Below, in pieces: positions 26,442 through 36,322 of a stretch of 61,070 nucleotides of DNA. This stretch comes from Ktedonobacteraceae bacterium (GTDB lineage: Bacteria > Chloroflexota > Ktedonobacteria > Ktedonobacterales > Ktedonobacteraceae): NCBI GenBank assembly GCA_019240835.1, contig JAFAXQ010000246.1, positions 1 through 61,070 on the forward strand. The letters are read 5' to 3'. Numbering within the stretch: the first letter of the stretch is position 1; each line of letters starts with the position of its first letter. The translations under genes were made by a program, and so were the position numbers. The notes under the pieces were generated by a model that made no database searches, was not told where the DNA came from, and saw only the letters and a list, made by a program, of their open reading frames with translations.

Positions 26442-27487
26442 CCACTATCTACTATGATGCAGATGCAGATCTGGGACTCATACAACAGAAGCAAATCGCA
26501 GTCATTGGCTATGGCAGCCAGGGCCATGCTCATGCCCTCAATATGCGTGACAATGGCTGTGATGTCGTCGTGGGTCTACCAGCGAGCAGCAAGAGTCGAC
26601 AGCGAGCAGAAGCTGCCGGCGTACCCGTCATGACCCCGGCCAAAGCGGCTGAACAGGCCGACGTTATCATGATGCTTATTCCCGACCAGCATCATCGTGA
26701 AGTATTTGAGCACGACATCAAACCCGGACTGGCACCCGGCAAGATGCTGATAACGGCCCACGGCTTTAGCCTACATTATGCACAGATCGTGCCACCAGCA
26801 GGGATTGATGTTGCTATGGTGGCACCGAAGGCTCCTGGCCATATGATGCGCCGCCTGTTCACAGACGGGGTAGGTGTACCGGCCCTCTTCGCTATTCACC
26901 AGGACGCAACGGGCAACGCCGAAGCTTTGACCCTCGCATATGCTCGTGCTGTTGGCTGCACTCGTGCGGGCGTGTTGCGTACTACTATTGCTGAAGAAAC
27001 CGAGACCGACCTCTTCGGTGAGCAGTCAGTACTTTGTGGTGGCCTCACCTCGCTAATCAAGGCTGGCTTTGAAACGCTCGTGGAGGCTGGTTACCAGCCA
27101 GAACTCGCCTACTTCGAGTGTATGCACGAAGTGAAGTTGATCGTTGATTTGATGTACCAAGGCGGTATGAGCTACATGCGCTATTCAGTGAGCGATACTG
27201 CCGAGTTCGGTGACTATGTCTCAGGTCCGCGCTTGATTGATGAACGTGTGCGTGCAGAGATGCGCAAGATATTACACGAGATTCAAGATGGCAGTTTTGC
27301 TAGTCGCTGGATTCTCGAAAATCAGGCTGGTCGTCCTAGTTTCTACGCCATGCGACGGGCCAACGAACAGCACCAGATAGAGCATGTTGGTCGAGAGCTG
27401 CGTTCTATGATGCCTTGGTTGAATCCGGATCAGAAGAAAACTGAGAAGACGGAAGTTGCCGAGAAGAAGGCTAATACAATGAAGTAG
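26438..27487 (+). CDS. ilvC: Ketol-acid reductoisomerase
   Basis: [16 protein letters not shown] Rossmann motif and class I KARI length. Confidence 0.92.
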   Translation: MTTIYYDADADLGLIQQKQIAVIGYGSQGHAHALNMRDNGCDVVVGLPASSKSRQRAEAAGVPVMTPAKAAEQADVIMMLIPDQHHREVFEHDIKPGLAPGKMLITAHGFSLHYAQIVPPAGIDVAMVAPKAPGHMMRRLFTDGVGVPALFAIHQDATGNAEALTLAYARAVGCTRAGVLRTTIAEETETDLFGEQSVLCGGLTSLIKAGFETLVEAGYQPELAYFECMHEVKLIVDLMYQGGMSYMRYSVSDTAEFGDYVSGPRLIDERVRAEMRKILHEIQDGSFASRWILENQAGRPSFYAMRRANEQHQIEHVGRELRSMMPWLNPDQKKTEKTEVAEKKANTMK

Positions 27488-27548
27488 TCAAGCGAGGCGA
27501 CCAAGGTGGTCGTCTGGTTGTATGGATACCAAAGGAGGAAATACAAGC

Positions 27549-28727
27549 ATGGGAGACCCTGCGGTAGTAAAGATTTTTGATACGACACTGCGTGATGGTG
27601 AACAATCACCAGGGGCTACGATGACTACGGAAGAGAAACTGCTCGTTGCTGAGCAGCTTGTGCGTCTCAACGTAGACATCATTGAAGCTGGTTTCCCGGC
27701 GGCCTCGCCTGGAGACCTTGCGGCAGTCAAAGCAATTGCCCAGCGTGTGCATGGTGTTGCCGTTGCTGGCCTTGCACGCGCTAATATCAGTGATATCGAT
27801 GCTGCTTGGGAGGCTGTACGTGGGGCCGAACAACCAGTAATCCATGTGTTTCTTGCCACCTCTGACATCCATCTTAAGCATAAACTAGGCCTCGGCCAGC
27901 AGGACGCGCTGAAGCGCATCGAAGCCATGGTCGCTTATGCATACAGCCTCTGCCCTACCATAGAGTTTTCCGCAGAAGATGCTACCAGAAGCGATTGGGG
28001 CTATCTCTGTCGTGTCTTTGAAACAGCCATCCAGGCTGGGGCCACCACCGTGAATGTTCCCGATACCGTCGGCTATACCCTACCGCATGAGTACGAGGGC
28101 CTCTTCCGCTATCTACGTGAACGGGTACCCGGCATAGAGCATGTGACCATGAGCGCCCACTGTCACAATGACCTCGGTATGGCAACCGCCAACACTCTGG
28201 CAGCTATTAAGGGTGGAGCAAGACAGGTTGAGGTAACGGTCAATGGGCTTGGCGAGCGTGCAGGTAACACAGCAATGGAAGAAGTTGTCATGGCTCTGCG
28301 CACACGCCGCGATTGCTTTAACAACGTTGATACGCGCATCCGCTCCAACGAGGTTCTAGCCTCGAGCCAATTGGTAAGCCGCTTGACCGGTATTCCAGTG
28401 CAGCCCAACAAAGCTGTTGTAGGTGCCAATGCCTTCGCTCACGAAGCCGGTATTCACCAAGATGGTATGCTCAAGAACCCCCTGACCTATGAGATCATGA
28501 CGCCTCAGTCGGTGGGGTGGGCCGATACACGGCTTGTGCTGGGCAAACATTCAGGCCGTCATGGTCTCGATGCACGTCTGCGTCAGTTGGGACACAAATT
28601 GAATGCGGAACAGCTTAGAGTCGCTTATCGTCGTTTTGTCGAACTCGCTGATCGCAAAAAGCACATCACCGATGCCGACCTGATCTATATCGCAGAGAAT
28701 GGCTGGGAGACTCCCGCCGCCATTTAG
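27549..28727 (+). CDS. 2-isopropylmalate/citramalate/homocitrate synthase-family enzyme lacking the C-terminal LeuA regulatory domain
   Basis: [26 protein letters not shown] and LGKHSGRH motifs. The protein ends just after ...[12 protein letters not shown], where LeuA normally continues into the allosteric domain. Confidence 0.8.
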   Translation: MGDPAVVKIFDTTLRDGEQSPGATMTTEEKLLVAEQLVRLNVDIIEAGFPAASPGDLAAVKAIAQRVHGVAVAGLARANISDIDAAWEAVRGAEQPVIHVFLATSDIHLKHKLGLGQQDALKRIEAMVAYAYSLCPTIEFSAEDATRSDWGYLCRVFETAIQAGATTVNVPDTVGYTLPHEYEGLFRYLRERVPGIEHVTMSAHCHNDLGMATANTLAAIKGGARQVEVTVNGLGERAGNTAMEEVVMALRTRRDCFNNVDTRIRSNEVLASSQLVSRLTGIPVQPNKAVVGANAFAHEAGIHQDGMLKNPLTYEIMTPQSVGWADTRLVLGKHSGRHGLDARLRQLGHKLNAEQLRVAYRRFVELADRKKHITDADLIYIAENGWETPAAI

Positions 28728-28761
28728 CTGACAATAGGGGACTACTATCCCCTGCTGTCAG
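28728..28761 (+). terminator. Strong hairpin immediately after the leuA-like stop
   Basis: CTGACAATAGGGGA-ctacta-TCCCCTGCTGTCAG (13 of 14 positions paired, including one G-U). No U-tract. Confidence 0.35.
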
Positions 28762-28862
28762 TTGAATGGTGGCAGGGTTGTTCCCGCGCTTTCTTACTTT
28801 CAGTTGTTTCTTATAGAGAGGATGAGTTATGCACTCTTCATCAGGAAGGCAGGTAGCCGCAG

Positions 28863-29915
28863 ATGGCACTGGCATTACCTGTCTCAGTCACCGTTCTCAC
28901 ACCCGCCACCTCGGCTAATCTCGGTCCCGGCTTTGATAGCCTGGGACTGGCATTACAATTGTATAATCGCTTTGAAGTGGAAGAAGGCGGCTCTGACCCG
29001 CTCCATCCTACCATCGCAATACATGGTACACTGGGTGAGTACTTGTCGAGCGGACCAGATAATCTGTTCTTTCGCTCTTTTGCTCTGCTCTTTGAGCACT
29101 GTCAGGTGAAACTGCCTGCTGTACGTATCCGCATGTCGATTGCTATTCCTCCCGGCTGTGGGCTGGGCAGCAGTGCAACCGCTGTAGTAGGGGGATTAAT
29201 GGCTGCCAGTGAGCTGTTACGTCTACGTGGCAGGTACATGCCCAAAGAAGAGTTACTAGCTCTAGCCGTCGAGGCCGAGGCTGGCAACCATCCAGATAAT
29301 GTTGCTCCGGCCTTGCTTGGCGGCTTGGTTGCCACAACCCATGTAGACGGGCAGATTCACGCGATTAAAACGCCGTTCCCAGACGTTCTCAAAGCCGTCA
29401 TTTTCACTCCTTCGTTCCCGATGGACACAGTGGCGGGACGAAAACTGCTGCCCGCCAGCTATTCCAAAACCGATGTGACCTTCAATACGGGACGTGTGGC
29501 ATTGCTGCTGACCGCATTGCAAACGGGACGTTATGAGCTAATTGGCGAAGCGATGAGGGACCGCCTGCATCAACCATACCGTCAAGCGCTCTTCCCTGCA
29601 ATGCCTGATATCATCGCTGCTGCGATTGCTGCTGGTGCCCACGGTGCCTGTCTTTCTGGAGGTGGCTCATCCTTGATTGCACTGGCCAGTTCTCGTTTTC
29701 ACGAGGTACTGCATGCCATGCAAGAGACTGCTCGTGCGGCAGGTATTTCTGGCTCTGGCAAAATTTTACGGGCTGATCAAAACGGTGCAAGGGTTATCCA
29801 TGCACGCCGTCGTATGAGAAAAGGAGTAAGCGCGAGATATGGCGATCAATTCTGCTGGTCTCCAGCCAGATGGGAGGGAGAGTTGCGTGGAGAGAAACGA
29901 GTTACAGCCCGATGA
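28863..29915 (+). CDS. thrB: Homoserine kinase
   Basis: GHMP-kinase motif PPGCGLGSSATAVVGG and N-terminal PATSANLGPGFD. It has an unusually long C-terminal tail overlapping thrC. Confidence 0.85.
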   Translation: MALALPVSVTVLTPATSANLGPGFDSLGLALQLYNRFEVEEGGSDPLHPTIAIHGTLGEYLSSGPDNLFFRSFALLFEHCQVKLPAVRIRMSIAIPPGCGLGSSATAVVGGLMAASELLRLRGRYMPKEELLALAVEAEAGNHPDNVAPALLGGLVATTHVDGQIHAIKTPFPDVLKAVIFTPSFPMDTVAGRKLLPASYSKTDVTFNTGRVALLLTALQTGRYELIGEAMRDRLHQPYRQALFPAMPDIIAAAIAAGAHGACLSGGGSSLIALASSRFHEVLHAMQETARAAGISGSGKILRADQNGARVIHARRRMRKGVSARYGDQFCWSPARWEGELRGEKRVTAR

Positions 29916-31278
29916 AGTAAGTAGATTATCGTCAATCTCTTTGCGCTGTGTTGAGTGCTTAGCCCTCTATCCCATGATAGGGGCTGGGCAAGTCACACCC
30001 CTGCCACGTTACCGCTGTACCTGTGGCGGCGTACTTGATGTTGAGATGTTGTTATCGAGCGAGCAGCTAGATGGTGCCCCCAACGCTGCCAGCAATGATA
30101 TCTGCTGGCAGCGACTCTTTGACGAACGGGCTTCGTGCCTTGCTAGTTGGCCAAGCCGTGCAAGAAATGCACTGCTCGATGCCAGTGGTGTCTGGCGCTA
30201 TCGTGAACTTGTTCTGCCGCTTCCTGAGCGCTTCATCGTGAGTAGGCCGGAGGGAAACACTGGACTCTATCCCGTCGGCGTAGCTAATTGTGGATTAGAT
30301 CGTCTTGGTCACAGGCAGATCGGCCTCTATGCTGGTTTAGAGCACTTCTTCTTAAAGCACGAGGGAGAAAATCCTACGGGCAGCTTCAAAGACCGAGGCA
30401 TGACTGTTGGCATGACGATGGCCAACCTGCTGGGAGCTCAGGCGGTTGCTTGTGCCTCAACCGGCAATACCTCTGCCTCTCTGGCCTCGTACGCAGCGCA
30501 GGCCGGAATGCGCAGTGTTGTCTTTCTGCCCGCTGGTAGCGTCGCCACTGGTAAGCTGGCGCAATCTTTGGCCTATGGCGCTACAATTATTCAGGTTCGA
30601 GGCGACTTTGACGGCGCTATGCGTCTAGTCGAGCAGGTATGCAACGAGTTAAGCATCTACCTACTCAATTCTCTCAATCCTTTCCGTATTGAGGGCCAGA
30701 AGGCCATAGCTTTTGAATTGTTGCAGCAGTTCGGCTGGGATGCTCCCGACTGGTTAGTGCTGCCAGCAGGGAATCTCGGCAATACCTCAGCCATAGGGAA
30801 AGCTTTTCAGCAGGCGTATCAGCTCTCACTCATCAAGCGCATACCACGTATCGCCTCGATTCAAGCGGCAGGAGCCAATCCCTTCTACCGCAGTTTTATG
30901 CGCGGTTTCGCGAACCGAGAAGTGGTAGAGGCACACACTGTCGCCTCTGCCATAAAAATCGGCAATCCCGTGAGCTATACACGAGCACGGCGTGTCATCG
31001 AAATGAGTGATGGCGTCGTGGAAGAAGTGAGCGATGAAGAGATTCTGGCGGCCAAGGTAATAATTGATCGCGCTGGCATCGGCTGCGAACCCGCTTCAGC
31101 CGCCACACTGGCCGGTGTGCATAAGCTTGTTGCGCGTGGTATTATCAAGGGTAACGAGCGTGTAGTCGGCGTGCTCACTGGCAATCTGCTCAAGGATAGC
31201 ACCACTGGCATGGCACAGCAGATCACTAGCGTTGTCGTTGAACCACACATCGATGCAGTCAGAGAAGTATTAAGCTAA
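29839..31278 (+). CDS. thrC: Threonine synthase (with N-terminal Cys-rich zinc-ribbon-like segment)
   Basis: NPTGSFKDRG PLP-lysine motif, plus CVEC...CTCG at the N-terminus. Start uncertain (alternative GTG at 29887). Confidence 0.88.
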   Translation: MAINSAGLQPDGRESCVERNELQPDEVSRLSSISLRCVECLALYPMIGAGQVTPLPRYRCTCGGVLDVEMLLSSEQLDGAPNAASNDICWQRLFDERASCLASWPSRARNALLDASGVWRYRELVLPLPERFIVSRPEGNTGLYPVGVANCGLDRLGHRQIGLYAGLEHFFLKHEGENPTGSFKDRGMTVGMTMANLLGAQAVACASTGNTSASLASYAAQAGMRSVVFLPAGSVATGKLAQSLAYGATIIQVRGDFDGAMRLVEQVCNELSIYLLNSLNPFRIEGQKAIAFELLQQFGWDAPDWLVLPAGNLGNTSAIGKAFQQAYQLSLIKRIPRIASIQAAGANPFYRSFMRGFANREVVEAHTVASAIKIGNPVSYTRARRVIEMSDGVVEEVSDEEILAAKVIIDRAGIGCEPASAATLAGVHKLVARGIIKGNERVVGVLTGNLLKDSTTGMAQQITSVVVEPHIDAVREVLS

Positions 31279-31310
31279 GCACGAGAAAGGCTCGTGCAAA
31301 GAACGGTGAT

Positions 31311-31742
31311 GTGAGTAGAAATAGACGAAAGTTGTTACCCGACTGGAACATGCCCTCTGATCCAGTGAGGGCCGTGTTCTACTTTGTGTACTGGCTGCTA
31401 CAAGTGCTAGTGCGCTACTTCTGGTTGCCCATTGGAGCTATGGTTGTCTATGAGGCGTTTAGCAATGGCAGTCGTTATGGTATAGTTAATGGGCTTGTAG
31501 CCGCTGTAATTACGCTGCTAGTTGGCCTCGCGCTATGGGGCATCCTCTACGTAGCTCTCTTGCTCTGCACGTTGGCCACCTCTGTCTCGCGAACGATAGC
31601 GGAAGTACATCGTATGCAGCAGAGCTTCGGTCCATATCGTCGCTCCTCTTCGTCTGTCGGGTCCGAGGCCGAGGGGCCAATCGTCGAAGGCTCCATCGTC
31701 ACCGATTTAGAGCAAGAGCGCAAAAGGCGTCGTCGCGAGTAA
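31311..31742 (+). CDS. Hypothetical membrane protein
   Basis: Three hydrophobic segments. GTG start with a weak SD. Confidence 0.4.
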   Translation: MSRNRRKLLPDWNMPSDPVRAVFYFVYWLLQVLVRYFWLPIGAMVVYEAFSNGSRYGIVNGLVAAVITLLVGLALWGILYVALLLCTLATSVSRTIAEVHRMQQSFGPYRRSSSSVGSEAEGPIVEGSIVTDLEQERKRRRRE

Positions 31743-31756
31743 GGATATAAAGGAAT

Positions 31757-32155
31757 ATGGCAATTGATGTAGCGCGCATGAAAGAACGCTTGCAGGCCAA
31801 GCGGAGAGAATTACAAGAACAGATAGCAAGTTTGACTCAAGCGGCTCCTACGCCGACTGATCCTGTTGAGATCAGTGAAGGCCCCCAGGATTTTGAGGAC
31901 ACAGCCGTCGATTTTCTGGAAATGCAGAAAGAACAATCAATAAAGGTGAACGAGCAAGCATTGCTGGTCGAGGTGGAGCAGGCGCTCAAACGCATAGAAC
32001 AGGGAACGTATGGGAAATGTGTCGTCGATGGGAAGCCGATACCCGAGAAGCGACTGGAGGCGATGCCTTGGGTAGCCCGATGTGTGAAACATGAGGAGCA
32101 ACTCGAACGCAGGAACCTCAGTCGCGAGGAGTTGTACGATGCTGACACGGACTAA
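31757..32155 (+). CDS. DksA/TraR-family protein with non-canonical zinc-finger ligands
   Basis: ALKRIEQGTYGKCVVDGKPIPEKRLEAMPWVARCVKHEE follows the TraR/DksA C4 pattern, but reads C-x2-D ... C-x2-H. Confidence 0.65.
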   Translation: MAIDVARMKERLQAKRRELQEQIASLTQAAPTPTDPVEISEGPQDFEDTAVDFLEMQKEQSIKVNEQALLVEVEQALKRIEQGTYGKCVVDGKPIPEKRLEAMPWVARCVKHEEQLERRNLSREELYDADTD

Positions 32156-33210
32156 AGATCAAATAGCTCGTTTCTCGTCTTCCAGCGCATCCATGCTTCG
32201 TCTTTAGACTCCGGTACATAGGAGAAGAGAAAATTGCCGCTGCCCTCGGCGCGGTACTTGCCTAATGCTGCTGGCAGCACCATTGTTTGTCCCCGCGACA
32301 AGGCTTCGCTGTGTTGCAATGACTCACCATACTGTACCTGTAGTTCTGCTCCTAGCGAGGAAAGAATGATACAACTGCTGGCGGTTTTTCCTGCTAGAGA
32401 CCCCTGAGTACTGTCCGAGGTTCTCAGCACTACTTCGCATGTCACGAAGTACTTACATGCAACCAAGCAACGCTTCATGTAAAGCGGGGTATCCTCCACT
32501 AGTACTGGTTTCGTCTTTACCTGACGCGATACTTCATAGTGTGAGACATCCAGCGAGCGATCAATATGCAGCTCGCGTGGCTTACCAGATGCAGTGAGGC
32601 GGCCATAGTCGTACATACGATAGGTAATATCAGAATACTCTTGCAGTTCGTAAAGCAACACACCACTACCAATAGCATGAACAGTTCCAGCAGGCACAAA
32701 GATGACGTCGTCAGCATAGACGATTTCCTCGTGCAGGAGCTTATCGAGAGTCACATGTTCAATTGCGCTCTGCACCTCGGCACGCGACGTGGCAGTGTTG
32801 AAACCATGCACAATATGAGCAGCGGGGTCTGCTGCGAGAATGTACCAGAACTCAGTTTTCCCCAGCTTGCCACCCTCGTGCTGTGCCGCGTATGCGTCAT
32901 CTGGATGAACTTGTACCGAAAGTTGTGAGTTAGCGTCGATAAACTTAGCTAGTAGGGGAAAACGATTGCCAAAGATGCTCATCGCTTGCTCACCGAGCAG
33001 GTCTCGGCCCAAAAGGTCAACGAGGCTTCCTAGTGCCTTGCCCGCGTAAGCACCATTTTGAACTAGAGTGCTTACCTCCGTCTCCCACGACTCGCCAATA
33101 GCAACATCGCCTGGCGGAAGCTGTTTCCATTTGTCGCGCTCTAGCCTGCGCCCACCCCAGATTGTCTTATGCAGTGATGGCTTTAACCGTAGAGGATAGA
33201 GAATGTGCAT
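32152..33210 (-). CDS. manA: Class I mannose-6-phosphate isomerase
   Basis: MHILYPLRLKP...IWGGRRL and LSVQVHPDDAYA cupin motifs. Start moved to 33210 (AAGGTGAAG SD), which removes the overlap with the upstream gene. Confidence 0.85.
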   Translation of the reverse strand: MHILYPLRLKPSLHKTIWGGRRLERDKWKQLPPGDVAIGESWETEVSTLVQNGAYAGKALGSLVDLLGRDLLGEQAMSIFGNRFPLLAKFIDANSQLSVQVHPDDAYAAQHEGGKLGKTEFWYILAADPAAHIVHGFNTATSRAEVQSAIEHVTLDKLLHEEIVYADDVIFVPAGTVHAIGSGVLLYELQEYSDITYRMYDYGRLTASGKPRELHIDRSLDVSHYEVSRQVKTKPVLVEDTPLYMKRCLVACKYFVTCEVVLRTSDSTQGSLAGKTASSCIILSSLGAELQVQYGESLQHSEALSRGQTMVLPAALGKYRAEGSGNFLFSYVPESKDEAWMRWKTRNELFDL

Positions 33211-33232
33211 ATGTTGTGTCTTCACCTTAAGG

Positions 33233-33562
33233 CTATAGCAAGATGCCCTCAATCTGGCGACGGAACTTGTCACGCATCACAATACCCCTGATACGATACA
33301 GTTCTTTGCCGCCTTTGAAGAAAATAAGTGTTGGAATACCATCAATATTCCACTGTTGACCAAGTGTCTCCTGCCCCTCCAAGTTTACTTTCGCAAACGT
33401 GATACGTCCTTGGTATTCTTTGCTAATCGCCACAAACTCCGGTTCCAATATCTGGCATGCACTACTGTTCTCCATCGAGAAGTTAACGATGACCATCTCT
33501 GCCGCGCTGAGGACTTTCTCGGCAAAGTCCTCGCTTGTTACATCAATGTAAGTATCTGCCAT
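33233..33562 (-). CDS. Thioredoxin-fold protein with single-Cys (S-x-x-C) active-site region
   Basis: Trx-like length and pattern (IVNFSMENSSACQILEPEF...GIPTLIFFKGG). The position of WCGPC reads NSSAC. Confidence 0.7.
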   Translation of the reverse strand: MADTYIDVTSEDFAEKVLSAAEMVIVNFSMENSSACQILEPEFVAISKEYQGRITFAKVNLEGQETLGQQWNIDGIPTLIFFKGGKELYRIRGIVMRDKFRRQIEGILL

Positions 33563-33641
33563 TATATCCTCTTCTAATTGAAGAATAAATCCTTTATTGA
33601 AAAGGTATCACCCGATTCAGTCGAATGTCAAGCAGTATGCT

Positions 33642-35339
33642 CTACGGCACCAACAACGCTTCGGCATCTTCGATGATATAGCGATAGCCTTGCTCCGTGA
33701 GGAATAACTGGCGATTAGCAGAGAATTCCTGGTCTCGTGTATCGCGTGTGACGATGGAGTAGAAGTAGGCGAGACCTCCGTCACTCTTAGGACGCAAAAT
33801 ACGGCCCAGCCGTTGCGCCTCCTCTTGACGCGAACCAAATGTGCCAGATAGCTGGATAGCCACGTTGGCATCGGGCAGGTCTATAGCGAAGTTAGCAACC
33901 TTGCTCACCACCAGGCGTTTCAATTCGCCGCGTCGGAACTGTTCGTAGAGCTTCTCACGCTGCCCATTCGAGGTACGCCCTGTCAAAAGGGGTGCGTGTA
34001 GCTCCTCTGCTAGGGCTTTGAGCTGGTCGATGTATTGCCCGATAATAAGGATCTGGTCGTTGTGATGGCGCTCCACTAGGTAGCGGGTTATGGTTAACTT
34101 GGCCGGGCATTCTGCTGCGATGCGGTACTTCTCGCGGGGGTCGGCCAGAGCATAATTGAGCTGTTCGTCTTCGCTAAGCCCTACGCGTATCTCGTGGCAC
34201 TGCGCTGTTGCAATCCACCCCTGGTGTTCGAGGTCGCGCCAGGGAACGTCATACTTTTTCGGCCCGATCAGGCTAAAGACGTCCGCCTCGCGTCCATCCT
34301 CGCGAACGAGTGTAGCGGTCAACCCCAGGCGACGACGTGCTTGGATCTCCGCTGTCACGCGAAAGACGGGAGCGGGCAACAAGTGCACCTCGTCATAGAT
34401 GATCAGTCCCCAGTCGTAACTGGTGAAGAGGGAAAAGTGAGGAAAGTATTCCTGCTCTTCTTCACCATCACCAATGGTGCGGCAGTAGGTGAGAATTTGA
34501 TAGGTGCTCACCGTAATCGGCGCAATATCCTTGCGGTCGCCAGTGTATTCTCCCACCACCTCGGCAGGAACGTCAGTCTTGTCGCGAATCTCGTTGATCC
34601 ACTGCCGCACAGCGATAGTATTGGGAGTAAGAATCAAAGTGGCACGCTGAAGTTGTGTCATGGTTACCAAGCCCACAATGGTCTTGCCCGCGCCGCAAGG
34701 CAAGACAACAACTCCACTGCCACCGCTGGGCGCACCGCCGGCATAAAAAGCCGCTGCGGCTGCGTACTGGTAGCCACGTGGCTCAAAAGGCTTTCCCTGT
34801 CGCGTGTGTGCCAGCAACCTGAGCGGCAATGGTGAACCTTCAGTATAGCCTGCAAGGTCTTCAGCGGGAAAGCCAATATGAATAAGAGCTTGTTTGATAT
34901 GGCCTCGTCGTGCCGCGTCAACTAGCAGGGTATGTCTGTCCAGTTGACGCAATAAATACGGTTGGATACGCTTATGATGAAGAATTTCAACGATCAGAGA
35001 AGGTTCTTCTGAAGTGAGCAGTAATGCCTCTCCCTCGCGAACAAGCTTGAGACGCCCATAGCGATGGATGTAGTCACGAATCTCAATCACAATATTGGTC
35101 GGGATGGCATATTTGCTATAGCGCGTCAGCAGAGCTATGATCTGCTCAGCGCTCATAGCCCCTGCTGCTGCGTTCCAAAGAGAGAGCGGAGAGAGCCGAT
35201 AGGTGTGAATGTGCTCCGGTGATTTCTCTAACTCAGCAAACTGAGCTAGGGCATCCCTAGCCTCAGCATGTTGGGGGTGTTCTACTTCAAGTAAGATGGT
35301 ACGGTCACTTTGCACAATAAGGGGATTACTAGGATTCAT
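33642..35339 (-). CDS. XPB/Ssl2(ERCC3)-like SF2 DNA helicase
   Basis: N-terminal damage-recognition-like domain, Walker A VLPCGAGKT, DEVH box (IYDEVHLL), and a helicase C-terminal domain. Confidence 0.8.
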   Translation of the reverse strand: MNPSNPLIVQSDRTILLEVEHPQHAEARDALAQFAELEKSPEHIHTYRLSPLSLWNAAAGAMSAEQIIALLTRYSKYAIPTNIVIEIRDYIHRYGRLKLVREGEALLLTSEEPSLIVEILHHKRIQPYLLRQLDRHTLLVDAARRGHIKQALIHIGFPAEDLAGYTEGSPLPLRLLAHTRQGKPFEPRGYQYAAAAAFYAGGAPSGGSGVVVLPCGAGKTIVGLVTMTQLQRATLILTPNTIAVRQWINEIRDKTDVPAEVVGEYTGDRKDIAPITVSTYQILTYCRTIGDGEEEQEYFPHFSLFTSYDWGLIIYDEVHLLPAPVFRVTAEIQARRRLGLTATLVREDGREADVFSLIGPKKYDVPWRDLEHQGWIATAQCHEIRVGLSEDEQLNYALADPREKYRIAAECPAKLTITRYLVERHHNDQILIIGQYIDQLKALAEELHAPLLTGRTSNGQREKLYEQFRRGELKRLVVSKVANFAIDLPDANVAIQLSGTFGSRQEEAQRLGRILRPKSDGGLAYFYSIVTRDTRDQEFSANRQLFLTEQGYRYIIEDAEALLVP

Positions 35340-35343
35340 TCTG

Positions 35344-36030
35344 CTATACTCCGGGCATGGTGGCCCACGTCTTCATATACTTTGTGATAGCGGCTACTGT
35401 GGCCTCTTCATATCCTCGCATAAGATAGCGCGCTCCTGTAATCACTTTAATCCCCTTAGGGCCCCGCTGCTGTTCAACGAACGGTTCGAGTTTGTGGCGT
35501 GGACAAATCTCATCAAATTCGCCTGTCACAAAAAGTTTAGGGCGCTCAAACGGCCTAGGAAAGCCACTACTCGCACGAAAGAGAGGCAGGCTAATAGCAA
35601 CAAGAGTGCGCACACGAGGATCAAAAGGCGCGTACAACAATGCGATGTAGGCACCAAAGCCATGACCGATCACACACACCTTGGTGGAGTTCGCCCTTGG
35701 GTAGCTTAAGGCTGCACCAATAGCCCCTGCAAGATCAAGCGGTTCTAAGCGACCGTCTGTCTGTGGTCCCTGGCTCTTACCGACGCCCCGAAAGTTGAAC
35801 CGCAGTGCCACCATGTTCATTTTACCTAGACTTCTGGCCAGTGCCACTGTCAACGCATCGTTCATATCAGCGCTAGCTGGTTGTGGATGACAGAGCACAA
35901 CTACAGGTGCAGGACCGGTTCCATGTGGTTCATGAAGCATACCTTCTAGGAGGCAAGCCGGTTGTCCTTTACTGTTGAAAGTGATTGGCCTTTCAATCCA
36001 TGTCAATGAAGTCATCTCTTGCCCTTCCAT
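35344..36030 (-). CDS. Alpha/beta-hydrolase-fold protein lacking the nucleophile serine
   Basis: Fold-typical VVLCHP...VIGHGFGAYIA. The nucleophile-elbow G-x-S-x-G reads G-H-G-F-G (GGC codon checked on the DNA at about 35650-35667). Confidence 0.6.
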   Translation of the reverse strand: MEGQEMTSLTWIERPITFNSKGQPACLLEGMLHEPHGTGPAPVVVLCHPQPASADMNDALTVALARSLGKMNMVALRFNFRGVGKSQGPQTDGRLEPLDLAGAIGAALSYPRANSTKVCVIGHGFGAYIALLYAPFDPRVRTLVAISLPLFRASSGFPRPFERPKLFVTGEFDEICPRHKLEPFVEQQRGPKGIKVITGARYLMRGYEEATVAAITKYMKTWATMPGV

Positions 36031-36153
36031 TGCCTACTGTTCGTCTCATAATCGAGTACGGCTTCATCTTATCGCAGGAAGTGGTAGGCGTCAACTTCTT
36101 TGACGAGGGGTAAGAGATTTTGACAAACTCGTGACAGTTGATGAGTAAAGTGG

Positions 36154-36181
36154 TTGCATTTGAACAGAAGAATGTTATACT
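36154..36181 (+). promoter_or_regulatory. Candidate promoter for the REC-GGDEF-like gene
   Basis: TTGCAT, 16 nt, TATACT. Confidence 0.4.
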
Positions 36182-36322
36182 GAATGTAACACGTTAACGC
36201 AGGTGGGTCTCCCCAATGAAGGTGTGATGCCGACGGCATATGTGTGTTGTTGCTTTTGCTACAATACATGCGGTTTCGTGTAATACGTTCGGGGAGTATA
36301 AAACGTGGAGGAAGGAGCGCCC

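Noticed and set aside
36069-36269. 66-aa minus-strand ORF in the hydrolase/REC-GGDEF intergenic region.
   Set aside because: It has no SD or motif, and it overlaps the plus-strand promoter-like TTGCAT-16-TATACT.
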